From Octopus bimaculoides (Eukaryota), in the NCBI RefSeq assembly GCF_001194135.2, contig NC_068981.1, positions 36,717,442 through 36,770,106 on the forward strand: a stretch of 52,665 nt of DNA, in the 5' to 3' direction. The notes beneath the pieces are model-generated. The model had not been told where the DNA came from and ran no database searches. It saw only the letters and a list, made by a program, of their open reading frames with translations. Positions 1 to 11,874 of this stretch are shown here, one piece after another (within the stretch, counting starts at the first letter, position 1; the number at the start of each line of letters is the position of its first letter). A program made the translations under genes and the position numbers.

Positions 1-368
1 AGCTGTCTCACTAGAAATATGGCATCAGTGGTGCTTTTACCTGGCACAAACCCAAACTGCATCTCATCTAAATTGATTTGCTCCCTTATTAGTTGGGCTA
101 TGACCCTCTCCATAACTTTCATAACCTGATCTAACAGCTTGATGCCTCTGTAATTATTAGTATCTAAAGCGTCACCTTTACCTTTGTAGCAGTTTACTAT
201 GGTGCTGCTACACCAGTCATTGGGTATGACTCCTTCGTGTATCACCTGGTTCGTAATACGGGTGACTAGGCTGTAGCCAACACTGCCAGATATTTTGAGC
301 ATCTCTGCAGTGATTCCTGATGGGCCGGGGGCTTTCCCTGTCTTCATACTCTTAATTGCTCTATCTAC
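1..368 (-). mobile_element. RTE-clade LINE reverse transcriptase fragment, 5'-truncated, runs off the left window edge
   Basis: My translation of 368->3 is 122 stop-free codons: VDRAIKSMKTGKAPGPSGITAEMLK...PNDWCSSTIVNCYKGKGDALDTNNYRGIKLLDQVMKVMERVI...MQFGFVPGKSTTDAIFLVRQ. These are non-LTR RT N-terminal motifs, and the DNA aligns by eye with the copy at about 37340-37700. Confidence 0.92.
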
Positions 369-424
369 CCTGTTCCTGTTTACCAATTTTCCCCGCATAA
401 ATTATTAGTTGACCCATGCTACTA

Positions 425-513
425 TAGCATAGAATGTTTGCTGGCAATCTTCATGCAGTGGGATTGAACCTCTCACCTCATGGTGAGAGCTTCTTAAACA
501 CACTGCCATGCTT
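425..513 (-). mobile_element. tRNA-derived SINE head fragment
   Basis: The reverse complement reads GCATGGCAGTGTGTTTAAGAAGC...GGTTCAATCCCACTGC (A-box-like and B-box GGTTCAATCC). It resembles the heads at 13890, 21516 and 46776. Confidence 0.6.
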
Positions 514-840
514 CTCTTATATAATATTTCTTATACACTTCTTGCCAAATCTATATCTTAGGAAATCTATTATGAATATTGACTGAGATAAGCAGTCTAA
601 CTATGAAAACCAAGTTTGGTTGAAATTGCAATCCTTTGATTGACTAGCCTGTATGTTCTTTCTAGAGGTTATAACCCCAAATTATTTTAGAGCAAGGTTA
701 AATTTACATTCTTATATATATTAACTTCTCAAAAGCATTATCTTTCCTTTCTAACTAACATTTTCTTTCCTCTCACATCACATTCCTTTTCCACCTCACA
801 CTCATACTTTCTATCATTTATTTCCTCTTCCAGAATCATT

Positions 841-849
841 TCTGTCTGC

Positions 850-889
<40 letters not shown>

Positions 890-894
890 GTCTG

Positions 895-946
<52 letters not shown>

Positions 947-964
947 AGTATCTATCTGTCTAAG

Positions 965-1014
<50 letters not shown>

Positions 1015-1023
1015 CCTATCTAC

Positions 1024-1076
<53 letters not shown>

Positions 1077-1077
1077 C
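841..1077. repeat. compound microsatellite (TCTG)n/(TATC)n
   Basis: Read directly from the sequence. Confidence 0.97.
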
Positions 1078-1462
1078 GTTTATCTCTTTGATCATATTCT
1101 TCATATGCTTGCTTCAGAACACATAAAATAGTTGAAGGAATGAAAAATCATGAGACAGTAGTTCCTGTAAAGCAAACCTCCATCCCCAACCAAAGAAAGT
1201 AAAAATAACATCATACATTTCTTTCTAAGCAGGTTCCAAAACAAACTTTAGCTTTAAATCTTGCCAGAAACGAAACAAGGTATATATAATTGATTAAACT
1301 ACTGATCAGGCTAATTGACCTTGGTGCATGAATTAATGTTAACTTTAAGCTATAATATATCAAAGATCAAAACTTATCAAAAAGTGCCAGTAGAATTTTG
1401 TTTGAAGTCCTTCTGTATATGACCTGAATACCTCCAACCGCAACATTAAAAGACACAGATAA

Positions 1463-1477
1463 AATAATAATAATAAC

Positions 1478-1520
<43 letters not shown>

Positions 1521-1536
1521 TATAATAATAATAATG

Positions 1537-1570
<34 letters not shown>

Positions 1571-1697
1571 TAATAATAATAATAATAATAGTAATAGTAA
1601 TAATAATAGTAATAATAATAATGGTAAATAATTTCTTTATTATTGCTACAAGGGCAATGGATGAAGGAACATTACAATAATAATAACAACAACAAGA

Positions 1698-1728
<31 letters not shown>

Positions 1729-1735
1729 CAACAGT

Positions 1736-1774
<39 letters not shown>

Positions 1775-1812
1775 AACAGCAGCAGCAGCAGCAGCAGCAA
1801 CAATAATAATAG
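1463..1812. repeat. (AAT)n tract (1463-1624) and (AAC)n/(AGC)n tract (1675-1812)
   Basis: Read directly. These explain the poly-N/S and poly-V/A ORFs. Confidence 0.95.
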
Positions 1813-2023
1813 TCATCATCAAAGAAGACAAAGAAGAAGAAATCTGGTCAAGCTTTGATGATTTAGATAATTTAGAAGATATTAAAGTGATAAACTTACC
1901 ACATTTACAATTTATTGTTCTCTAGGTTCTCTAGATCATATAGATTAAATGATGTTGTTGTATTTCATAAAGAATTAATGATCCATATACAAGTAATGTC
2001 TATTTAATTTAATCTACATTCTT

Positions 2024-2029
<6 letters not shown>

Positions 2030-2082
<53 letters not shown>
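2030..2082. repeat. (CA)n microsatellite
   Basis: Read directly. Confidence 0.97.
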
Positions 2083-2083
<1 letters not shown>

Positions 2084-2832
2084 CTATATAAACTATGATA
2101 TATACATAGGTATATAATCGCATGCATACACACATGCTGAAGAAAAGATTTAATTTTTAACAGTGTCTCTTCTAAGCAAGACATTATAATTAATTGGATA
2201 CTTAGTCTTGATCTAACCTATTATTTAGCAGAATGGGCTATTCAGGCAAAATATATATACTTTTAACTAAGAAAACTTTTGGCTGTTGTTTTTATTGTTG
2301 ATGAGTAGAATTGGTTAACTTTTCTCAAGAAGATTCAATAAGCAAACATAAAAAGTTTGATCTGATATACAACATGACTAGTTTTACGGATAAAGTTGCA
2401 AGCTAAGAGCAGTGTTGTTGTTGCCGCTTCTCCTGTCAACTTCATGCCATTAAAGTTGAGTGAAAGAAGAGATCTCTTACATGAAAAACAAATAAAAGTT
2501 AGTGACAAGATGTGTGTCCAGCTGTACAATAATACTTAAATAATATATTTATCTAAGCCATGCTAGCATAGAAAAACTGAAGAATGAACAAACAAATTTA
2601 TATATTTATATATGTATGTCCAGAATAATTAACAAGAATAACAACAAAGATGACAAAACGAAAACAAGGTTTAATTTTTAGTTTGATTTTCAAAGAGAGT
2701 AGTGCCATCAACATTTTGAGCTTAAGCTCCTCTTCAATACATCAGATAGTTAGGTGAAGGTAAGACTGTAAAGGGGTGAAAGAAAATGTAATGAAGAAAT
2801 ATGTGTTGTTCTGAGTAATGTTAAAAATGGGC

Positions 2833-3045
2833 TTGTGTATGTGTGCTTGTGTGTGTGTGTGTGTGTGTGCGTGTGTGTGCGTGCATGTGTGTGTGCGTGT
2901 GTGTGTGCGTGCATATATATATATATATACACATATGTGCATATGTATGTATGTATGTATGTATACACACACACACATATATATATACATAAACACATAT
3001 ATTTATAAATATATATATGTCATATAAATCTATATATATATATGA
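2833..3045. repeat. compound (GT)n/(AT)n/(ATGT)n microsatellite
   Basis: Read directly. Confidence 0.95.
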
Positions 3046-3139
3046 TAAATCATCATGAAAAATCAAAATGGTGACATACATATTCATTCTTAATGTTCTA
3101 TCAGATCCTATTAAAATGTGAATATGTTAATCACTGTTA

Positions 3140-3572
3140 TAATTTGTTAGCCAAGCCAAGTGAAATCGTAGCCATGGCTGATGTTGGTGTCAGGTAACTG
3201 GTACCCATGCCAGTGGCATGTAAAGAGCACCGTTCGAGCACTGGGCCTCACAGAAGCAAAGTGACTAAGTTCCTTTCAAGTGTTGGACCTCACAGAAGCA
3301 ATGACCGAAACCTTTGGCATTATGTTGTGCTTAAGAAGGAGACTCATCAAGTCAAGCAAAATCACAGTCATGGCAGATACCGGTGTCATGAAAATGGCAC
3401 CCATGCCAGTGGCAAGTAATAGCACACATTACACTCTCTGCGTGGTTGGCATTAGGAAGGGCATCCAGCTGTAGAAAACCATGCCAAATCAGACTGGAGT
3501 CTGGTTCAGCCTTCCAACTTACCAGCCCTGGTCAAACTGTCCAGCTCATGCCAGCATGGACAACGGATGATG
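3140..3572 (+). mobile_element. RTE LINE 3' UTR/tail copy
   Basis: Shares ...CATCAAGTCAAG...AGGAAGGGCATCCAGCTGTAGAAAACCATGCCAAATCAGACTGGAGTCTGG...CATGCCAGCATGGACAACGGATGATG with the 3' end of the RTE at 38950-39200. Confidence 0.85.
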
Positions 3573-3623
3573 AAGAAAAACTTCTCTCTGACAAAACACA
3601 CTTTATTCATTGACGTAAGAGGA

Positions 3624-3672
3624 CTTTGTGATACTACAGTGTTTCAACCACTTTGTGTGTCATCAGTCAAAG
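3624..3672 (-). ncRNA. degenerate hammerhead-like motif (PLE terminal-repeat remnant?)
   Basis: The minus strand reads CTTTGA-CTGATGA-CACACAAAGTGGTT-GAAAC-ACTGTA-GTA-TCACAAAG, with AATAAA at 3607-3602 downstream. The core is canonical but stem II is imperfect. Confidence 0.3.
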
Positions 3673-4062
3673 CTACCCTTAGGTCGATGAATCTAAACAA
3701 GCACTGTAGCTCTTGTTATAGAAATAGAAACCAACAAACAAATTATTCCTGGTGTATGTTGATGTCAGAACTATTCTCACAGTACAGTGCCACTAATTCT
3801 GAGAGAGAGGTGGAGAAAGAGTAAGAAAAAGAGAGAGAGGGTAAGAAAGAAAGTCAGAGAGAGAGAAGATAAAAAAGAGAGAAGAAAAGAAAACAAGAGA
3901 AAAAGTTATCAATACTTGACTGGTAATTTATTTATTGACCTCAAAAGCATTAAAGACAAATTTGAACTTAATAAGATTTGAACCTAGAGAGCAAAGAACT
4001 AGAATGCTTACTGCAATTTGCTCATTGCTCTAATGATTTTACCAATTAATTGCATGTATACT

Positions 4063-4098
<36 letters not shown>

Positions 4099-4717
4099 TG
4101 TGTAATGAGAAAGAAAGAGAAAGAGGGAAGGAAAGAGAAAATAATGGCACATAAACACACGTGCTTCCGCACTCATAAAAGCATGTTTATGGTAATGCAT
4201 ATAACACTTTTAAATCCACAATTTAGAAAGGACTTGAAAAGTAATTTGTAAGGGCAGTATGTATACTATAAGATTTATTTTATTGATTTTGGAGGAATGA
4301 AAACCAAAGTCAGCTCCCGCATAAATTGAAATCATCACAGGGTGGTAACAAATTTAATAGCATAAAGTATCTAGACTGGCTTATTGCCAGTTGCACCAAA
4401 GTCACTGTTCTTGTGATGTTATTCTATCAGCAAGTAGATGCAACCACATAGAAGAAAACTTGGTCAACAGAAATGTGATACATAAAAATATTTCATATAT
4501 AACAAGAGAGTAGTCACTCTCTTTGAAGAATTTCATCTTTAGTTGAGTCAAATAGTTATTTTTGAGATCACCCCACTCAGTATTTTTACTATGCAATAAA
4601 TATTAAATTCTTAAATAGCCACAATATCTAAGATTGTTCAGGAAAAGAAATTTTAAAGAATTGTAATGTTTTTGTTATCGTTTCAACTAGTAATTGAAAA
4701 TAGATGGTTAAATGTAC

Positions 4718-4853
4718 CTTTAAGATTATCTTCATTGTGTTCACTAGAGTAGTTGAAGGAACTGGTAAAATTTTATACAAGTTCTTGCATTTTTGATCTG
4801 CTGTTATATCGATTGTCATGCTGTTTTTAAGAACAATCTTATCATTGGACAGT
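4718..4853 (-). CDS. candidate internal exon, unidentified protein
   Basis: Acceptor TTAGTTTTACTCACAG| and donor AAG|GTACAT. One frame is open: LSNDKIVLKNSMTIDITADQKCKNLYKILPVPSTTLVNTMKIILK. No homology recognised. Confidence 0.15.
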
Positions 4854-4944
4854 CTGTGAGTAAAACTAATTGGTTTGTAACACAAAATTAAAGATCAGTT
4901 GTTGAAAGTTGTCAGTTTCTGAAGCTCAGTTATGCATGTGAAAT

Positions 4945-6430
4945 GACCCTTAAAGATTTGAAAGTGGGAAATGCAGCTGGACTATCAGGAATAAATGTTG
5001 ACATACTGAACACACCACACAAACTAGGACATGCACTAGTCACTCGCATTGTCTGTTAATACAAGGAGGGGCCATTCTCCTATGGTTAGTAGTATCAGCA
5101 TCATCAACTATTATAGAGCTGCCATAAAACGAAACAACTACAGCAACATGAAACTGATAAACAAGTCATAAAAGTTACCAAAGGATTCATAACACTTATA
5201 ATTTGGAAGAAATTAAATTCAGATGTGAGGCCGTTTAGATTTGTGTAAGAACGTGTAACAAACTATGCCCTCTTTCATGTCTGACAAGTTCAGACGTTTT
5301 CAACTAACAGCAAACATAAGTACCATGCATTTGTTGACTTAAAGAAGGCTTTGGACCACTTTCTGTCTCTAGTGGTTGCTAAGAAAACTAAGGCAGTGAT
5401 GAATAGTTTGTGAAAGTGGTAACAGGCAATGTACAAAAATGGTGTTGGCAAGATGAAAATTAGTATCAAGTTCAGCAAGAAAATTAGTATGCAGATATGT
5501 ATCCATTAAGTCTATGTTCTTAATCTCCTCTTGTGTACTATAGTTCTCCATGTCATAACAGGAGTTTTTATACAATTTGTCCAGAGGAATTTCATATGCC
5601 AATGATCTGGTTCTCATACCACATCTCATGAAGTATTAGAGAAGAAATTCTAAATATGAAAGTATTGATTAGAATCAAAAGACTTAAAGTGAGGTTTTAG
5701 TTAGCAGGAAAGAAAATGGGCTCTTTTCTTCTTTCCTCTTTTCAAAAAAAAAAAAAGAAGAATGGAGGTTGGTAGGAATTCTAATGTAATCTACGAGTAT
5801 ACAAACTATGTAGGGGCATCACAAGTAGAGTGCAGACTGGTGGAGATGACCTTTGTATGCAACAGTTGCACATCAGTAAGGACTCACTAGATGACCCTTT
5901 TAGCAATGGAGATGAGCATAGAAGTCAAAGTAAGACCATGATTCAGGAAGCTATAACTTCTGCTGGCAACAAAAGGATTCACTCTTTGATTGATTGAAGG
6001 GCAGACTGTATGATGCATGCACATGAAGTACAATGTTGTATGGTATCAAAAGATGGGTTCTGAACATTGAGAACACGTGACAGCTGGAAAGAAATGAGGT
6101 TCACTAGCTTCACTGGATGTATAATGTTAGTGTGCATGAGTGATGGAGTACAAATGCATTTAGAGAAAAGTTGGATATGAGAGCAGAAGATATGATGGAA
6201 GATGATCTCAGGAGTCTGAATGTCATGAAGGAGAAAACAAAAGTGGGGATATACTGTTTTAGAAAAGACTTACCAGCATGGGAAAATAAATGTAAAAATA
6301 TGATGAAGATGATGGTGATGACAATGATGACTGTCACGAAAACGATTATGATGGTGATGACGACGACGACGATGATGATGATGATGAAGAGGATGATGAT
6401 GACAACGATGTTGATGGTAAGTATGATTAC
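4945..6430 (+). mobile_element. old, heavily degenerate RTE LINE (RT to 3' end) with (GAT)n-derived tail
   Basis: Decayed equivalents of KDMKTGKAPGPSGI (4945-), YFAFVDLEKAFD (about 5320-5360) and the C-terminal region, collinear with 37340-38900. Ends in CCAGCATGGGAAAA...ATGATG and a long GAT-rich tract (6300-6430). Many stops and indels. Confidence 0.8.
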
Positions 6431-7217
6431 AAAAGTGAAAGAAACAATGTTTTGAGGTGAAAAAGGAGAAAAAATTCTTTTTGATACTAAATCAAATTAA
6501 ATCAAAACAGAAATTCCCAGAAAAGATCTTTTTAACATGTATTTTCTGGATGGACGATTTACTGAACTTGCTTAACTGTAGCTTCCTTATATTTAAAATA
6601 GCTATTTGTAAGTATAGATGCTCACAGTTAACTGTTCACTCTCAAGCATATACATATAAAATTTAACAATCTATTCTAAATGATCTACCTGTCCATTTAC
6701 AAATTTAATGTACATGTCTATATATTCTCTATGCAACTAATCTGTCCAGCCAACCAATCAGTTAACCAACGAGCCAACCAGTCAACCAGCCAGCCATCTC
6801 AATTAATCTAATTTAATCTGTGTGTGAGAAATATATATATGCAGAAATACAGAAATATACTAAGGATGGACTCTCAGAATAGTTTTACAATATTTCTCTG
6901 TTATATTTTCTTCACCTTCGATAAACATATATTGCTAATTAAATATGTGGTGTTTACTTTTTATAAAATATAGCTTATTCTTTTCTTAACAATCAGTTCA
7001 TAAATGCCTGTTTCAGTACTAGCTGTTGTATGCAGCTGGTATGAATGTATGTTTACTTATTAAATATATTCCTACACATACATTCAATGCATATCCAAGA
7101 AACTTCCAAATGTCTCAAGTTTTTACAATGGCTTATTTGAAAAGAACGAGTAGTGCTCCTCCCAGCTTTTTGGAACCTCTATCACATGTAGTTAGGAGGG
7201 CAGAAATTTATCCTCAC

Positions 7218-7282
7218 CTCTGGCTTGAGTGCTTGCAGGAGAGTGGAGTCAGTTAATAATACCTCAAAGTCAAGTTGTTGCA
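7218..7282 (-). CDS. candidate internal exon (phase 1->0), unidentified protein
   Basis: Acceptor CTTGTCACTCTGTTTAG| and donor CAGAG|GTGAGG. The single open frame is xQQLDFEVLLTDSTLLQALKPE. No homology recognised. Confidence 0.3.
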
Positions 7283-7380
7283 CTAAACAGAGTGACAAGT
7301 TAAGTCTGTCAAACACAAATTTTCTTGTAATATAAATAAATACATGCACATATGTATGCACTCACACACACCTTCAGGGA

Positions 7381-7387
7381 TAGTAGC

Positions 7388-7480
<93 letters not shown>
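7381..7480. repeat. (TAG)n microsatellite
   Basis: Read directly. Confidence 0.97.
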
Positions 7481-8071
7481 TGTGCAGGAGAATGTACTGT
7501 AGCAGTGCATCACTGCATACACCAATTGTTGGTGATTCCCTACTCCTGGCAGATAATACCGTTGCACCACTCAGGCAACAACCCTCCAAACCATGGGTCA
7601 GTTTAAGTAGTTGCTGCTGGTGAGGATTTTACAAAGTCAGAGTATAAATCTTATCTCAACCTCTTATAGTCGCTTTTATGGCATACAGCAGACGGGTTCA
7701 TTGGGAAATATAATTGGAGGATATATAGCACTTATTTGCTCTAGCAGATATGGTAAGTGACTTTAGAAATATAAATCCATGACCTGCTGCAGAGTCACTT
7801 GTGTAAACCTCAGAAATGTACACCACTTGCTCTATTAAACTAAGAAACTGTTTATTAAATACAGGATATTAGACACCATCAATAAATCAACTCTGAAGTC
7901 AAAAATATCTATATATAAACAAGACTCATAATCCAAGGATCTTAATATTGACAAGAACTATCAACAACCTGCTTTACCTTCTTCACTCATGGAATTCTGC
8001 AAATATTCTTCTTAGTTCCTTTCTACTTGAACAATAACAGTGATGTTGATGATATCATCATGATAATTATT

Positions 8072-8646
8072 GAATGAGAGAGCAGTGCATGCCATCAAAG
8101 TGACACTGGGGTAAAATATACGAAGCCCAGTATACCCTTCATGACTACCCGTCTGATAAGGGTACACCAGGCACATGCATCCCAACCATATGTGTGCGAC
8201 ATGGTTATTTCATATCAAGATAAACAGTGCATGACCTTTCAGGTGAGGCCCAGTTAGAATTTGCTTCAGGTCAAGTAGCCCATCCCACTCAAATGGTCCT
8301 TGAATAAGGGTGGTTTAAGGATGTTGAATGAAACACCCTTCTTCCTACAGATGAATTATTCAAACTCCAAAAGAATTCCTCTCAACACATGACTGTGATG
8401 CTCTCCCACTACTTCTGCTTGTGATCAGAGATGGACATATCGTCAGCCATTAAGGGACATGCTCAACTGGTTGAGGTCAAACATCTGACAAGTAAATCTG
8501 TGGTATTGAGCAGAATATTTGCTGTAGCCCATCTTTTATATGTACATGTACATCTTTTATATGTACATGTACATCTTTTATATGTACAATGTACATTTAC
8601 CAAGACAAGACAAAGTAGATTACCAAGACAAAACAATGTATATTTA
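8072..8646. mobile_element. unclassified ~560-bp interspersed repeat (family B), copy 1, truncated at right end
   Basis: Collinear and highly similar to 9918-10477 (GAGAGAGCAGTGCATGCCATCAAAGTGACACTGGGGTAAAATATA...). Followed by (ATT)n at 8652-8683. Confidence 0.85.
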
Positions 8647-8651
8647 TCATG

Positions 8652-8683
<32 letters not shown>

Positions 8684-9073
8684 GATCATCATTCTCTTCT
8701 TTCAATTTTGTTTCCATTTCTTGCTGTGTGTCTTTCTAATACCTAAGGCAAAGAGACTCACTGTATACATTGGTAGGCCATTAAAATAAACACATCACAT
8801 TGTTCATTTACAAAGTCATGTGTTAGAAAAATAAGAGGGAAGAAAGAAAGAAAAAGGAAAAAAGCGAAAAAGTTTTAAAAATAGGAAAAAAAAAATGAAA
8901 AAAGAAAAGAAAGAAAGTAAAGGGGGGAATAGAAAGAAAATTTACAAAGACAATGCTCTTCTAAGAACATGTGACATACCAGTTAAAACAATCTTTTGCA
9001 CTTCTTGCATGGATGGCAAGCCAGGGATTATCCTCAAATAATTTTCAGTTCCTTTTTTTTATTTATTATTATT

Positions 9074-9268
9074 CGGTGAGCTGGTGGCATCATTATTGGG
9101 CCAGGCTGGCAAAATGCTGCTAAGCATTTTGCCCGTTGCTCCATTCTGAGTTCAAATTATGTCAAGATTGATTTTTCTTTCATCCTTTCAAGGTCAATAA
9201 AAGAAATACTGGTTGAACACCCATCTCCTCTTCCAAAATTACTGCCCTTGTTACACAATTTAAAACCA
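9074..9268 (+). mobile_element. tRNA-derived SINE (family C), tandem copy 1
   Basis: GGTGAGCTGG...TTCTGAGTTCAAATT (B-box-like)...TTTCATCCTTTC...GTCAATAAA; flanked by ATT repeats. Confidence 0.75.
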
Positions 9269-9333
9269 TTATTATTATTATTATTATTATTATTATAATT
9301 ATAATTATAATTATAATTATTACTATTATTATT

Positions 9334-9550
9334 GAAGGTGGTGAGCTGGCAGAATCATTGGCACCCAGGGTAAAATGCTTAGTAACATTTCATCTGTCTT
9401 ACGTTCTGAGTTCAGATTCCTCTGTAGTTGACTTAGCATTTTATCCTTTCAGGGTTGATGAAGTAAGTGACAATTGAGTACTGGGGCTGATGTAATCAAC
9501 TAGCCTCCTCCCCCAAATTTCAGGCCTTGTGCCTATGGTAAAAAAGATAA
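9334..9550 (+). mobile_element. tRNA-derived SINE (family C), tandem copy 2, best preserved
   Basis: GAAGGTGGTGAGCTGGCAGAATCATT...GTTCTGAGTTCAGATTCC...TTTATCCTTTCAGGGTTGAT...GAGTACTGGGG...AAATTTCAGGCCTTGTGCCTAT. The central segment recalls the Meta-type SINE core (from memory, unverified). Confidence 0.85.
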
Positions 9551-9568
9551 TTGTTATTATTATTATTA

Positions 9569-9787
9569 TGGCAGTGAACTGGTAGAATTGTTAGTATGTC
9601 AGAAAAATACTTAACAGTATTTCTTCAAGTTCTTTAGGTTCTGAGTTCAAATGCTACTGAGATTGAATTGGCTTTTCATCTTTCTGGGATCAAAAACAGA
9701 CAAGTATGCTTTGATCACTTGGTTTGATGTAGTTGACCCACCCCTTCCCCATGAAATTTCAAGCCTTGTGCCTATAGCAGAAAGGAC
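9569..9787 (+). mobile_element. tRNA-derived SINE (family C), tandem copy 3
   Basis: GGCAGTGAACTGGTAGAATT...GGTTCTGAGTTCAAAT...TTTTCATCTTTC...AAATTTCAAGCCTTGTGCCTATAGCAGAAAGGA. Confidence 0.8.
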
Positions 9788-9917
9788 TCTACACCTCCTG
9801 CTCCTGCTTTTCCTTCTTATCGCCGTCATCATCGTTGTCGTCGTCATCATCATCATCATCCTCATCATTATCATCATCAATATCATTATCATTGTTATTA
9901 TTATTATTATTATTATT

Positions 9918-10474
9918 GAGTGAGAGAGCAGTGCATGCCATCAAAGTGACACTGGGGTAAAATATACAAAGCCCAATATACCCATCATGACTACCCGTCT
10001 GATAAGGGTACATCAGGCACATGCATCACAACCATATGTACACGACATGGTGATCTCATATCAAGATAAACAGCACATGACCTTGCAGGTGGGGCCCAGT
10101 TAGAATTTTCTTCAGGTTGAGTAGCCCATCCTGCTCAAAAGGTCTCTGAATAAGGTTTGTGTAAGGATGTTGAGCAAAACACCCATGTTTCCAAAGGTGA
10201 ATTATTAAAATCCCAAAGAATTCCTCTCAACACATGGCTATGATGCTCCCCCACTACTTCTGCTCATGATCACAGATGCACATATCGTCAGCCACCAAGG
10301 GACATACTCANNNNNNNNNNNNNNNNNNNNNNNNNNNNNNCAAATCTGTAGTATTGAGCAGAATATTTGCTGTAGCCCATCTTTTATACCAAGACAAAAC
10401 AATTTACATGATAACACTTTCAATCAATTAAGATCAGAAGCCATGAGAGCCACTGCCTGGTACTGCATCTGGGC

Positions 10475-10477
<3 letters not shown>
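9918..10477. mobile_element. unclassified ~560-bp interspersed repeat (family B), copy 2
   Basis: Near-identical to 8072-8530. Flanked by (ATT)n on both sides (about 9890-9917 and 10476-10534) and contains an N gap at 10311-10340. Confidence 0.85.
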
Positions 10478-10535
<58 letters not shown>

Positions 10536-11874
10536 TAAAATACATATTTATAAAGATTATATTGGAGCATGTATATTCTGTGAGGGAGGTCTTTCTTGCT
10601 GCTGTGAATTTAAGTATATAATAAAGATGGAACCTCTTGTCAATTAGGAATACAGTAGCTGCAAGAATATAACATTGTGTACAAATGATTATGGAAACGG
10701 TTGTGATACATTTTGAATGCACATTAATATGAGGACATGCACTTAGAAAATCAACTTCATATACATTATATGACTTAAAAAAGAAACGTTTGCTAGTTAT
10801 GTATATGCGGGTGTTTTTAATTTCATTTTATATAATTTTTACCTCCATATAACTTATTGGATATATATTTACAGTAGTCTTAATTTTTTTCAATTCATGG
10901 AGTCTTTCAAATTTTACCAAAGAATCTAATCAATTTATTCTATTCCACCTTCATTCCAGTTTCTTTTCTTTCTTTTTCTTCTCTGTCTGACTATTTTTCT
11001 TTTTTTTTTTCCTTTCCTTCTTACTCCCCCCTCTCACTATGTTGGTGTAGTTTATTCATATTTTCTACAGATTTTTCTGTTGTTGATTCAATCATTGTTG
11101 CTTCCATATCACTTTCAGACAGTAAATCATTGATAACACATAACACATTTTCTAACTGGTATGTAAAAAAATAAATTAAATAATCATTAATCTTTTTGTA
11201 AATGAATTTTTAGACTATCATAAGAGAAGTATTTATAACTTGCTGTACCTCTTGTTTCTTTTAGTTTTTATTCCCTTTTTTCTACTTTAGTTATTGTTGT
11301 CTTTCAGTATGCATGCATAATGAGCTGTACTTAAAATAGTAAGAATAATAACAGGAAATAAAACTAGAACCATTAATAAATGGTGACTTGTATATGATAC
11401 AAACAGCATGCACAAAAATCCTATATACTAAGCAAAATCTCCTGTTCTTGTTACTGTTTCTGTCCATTCTGATCCTGTTACTTGGGTTTTGATTTTCCTA
11501 ACCAGTTGGTGAGCTCTTGACCCTGTATAAATTTTTACTGCATAATATAATTTGTACCTTCACATGCACATATACACAGATCATGTGTTGGAGCAACTAT
11601 AGTTTATTGAACTAAATGTTGTTAATATTTCCTGCAGACTAACTGTAGGATAAAATTCTGTTGAAGCTGACTGGCTGGACTTGAACGTGGTCAATAATGA
11701 ACAAAATTTTAATTATTTCTCAGCTCGTTTTCATCTGTGTCACCCTTACAGACCTGATAATAATATCATAATAAATTGTATTAATACAGTTCTATATTTA
11801 AGAGATGAGGAATTATGTACATTATTTATATTATTTACATTTTATGGACATTTGTCCTCATCTTGTTTGTTGTT

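Noticed and set aside
3644-3712. Apparent terminal exon LQCLFRFIDLRVALTDDTQSG* with downstream AATAAA
   Set aside because: It overlaps the hammerhead-like CTGATGA...GAAAC motif and is better explained as a retroelement end. No homology recognised.
11654-11700. CTGTTGAAG...CTTGAACGTGGTC hammerhead look-alike
   Set aside because: GAAC instead of GAAAC, no proper stem II closure and only a 3-bp stem I.
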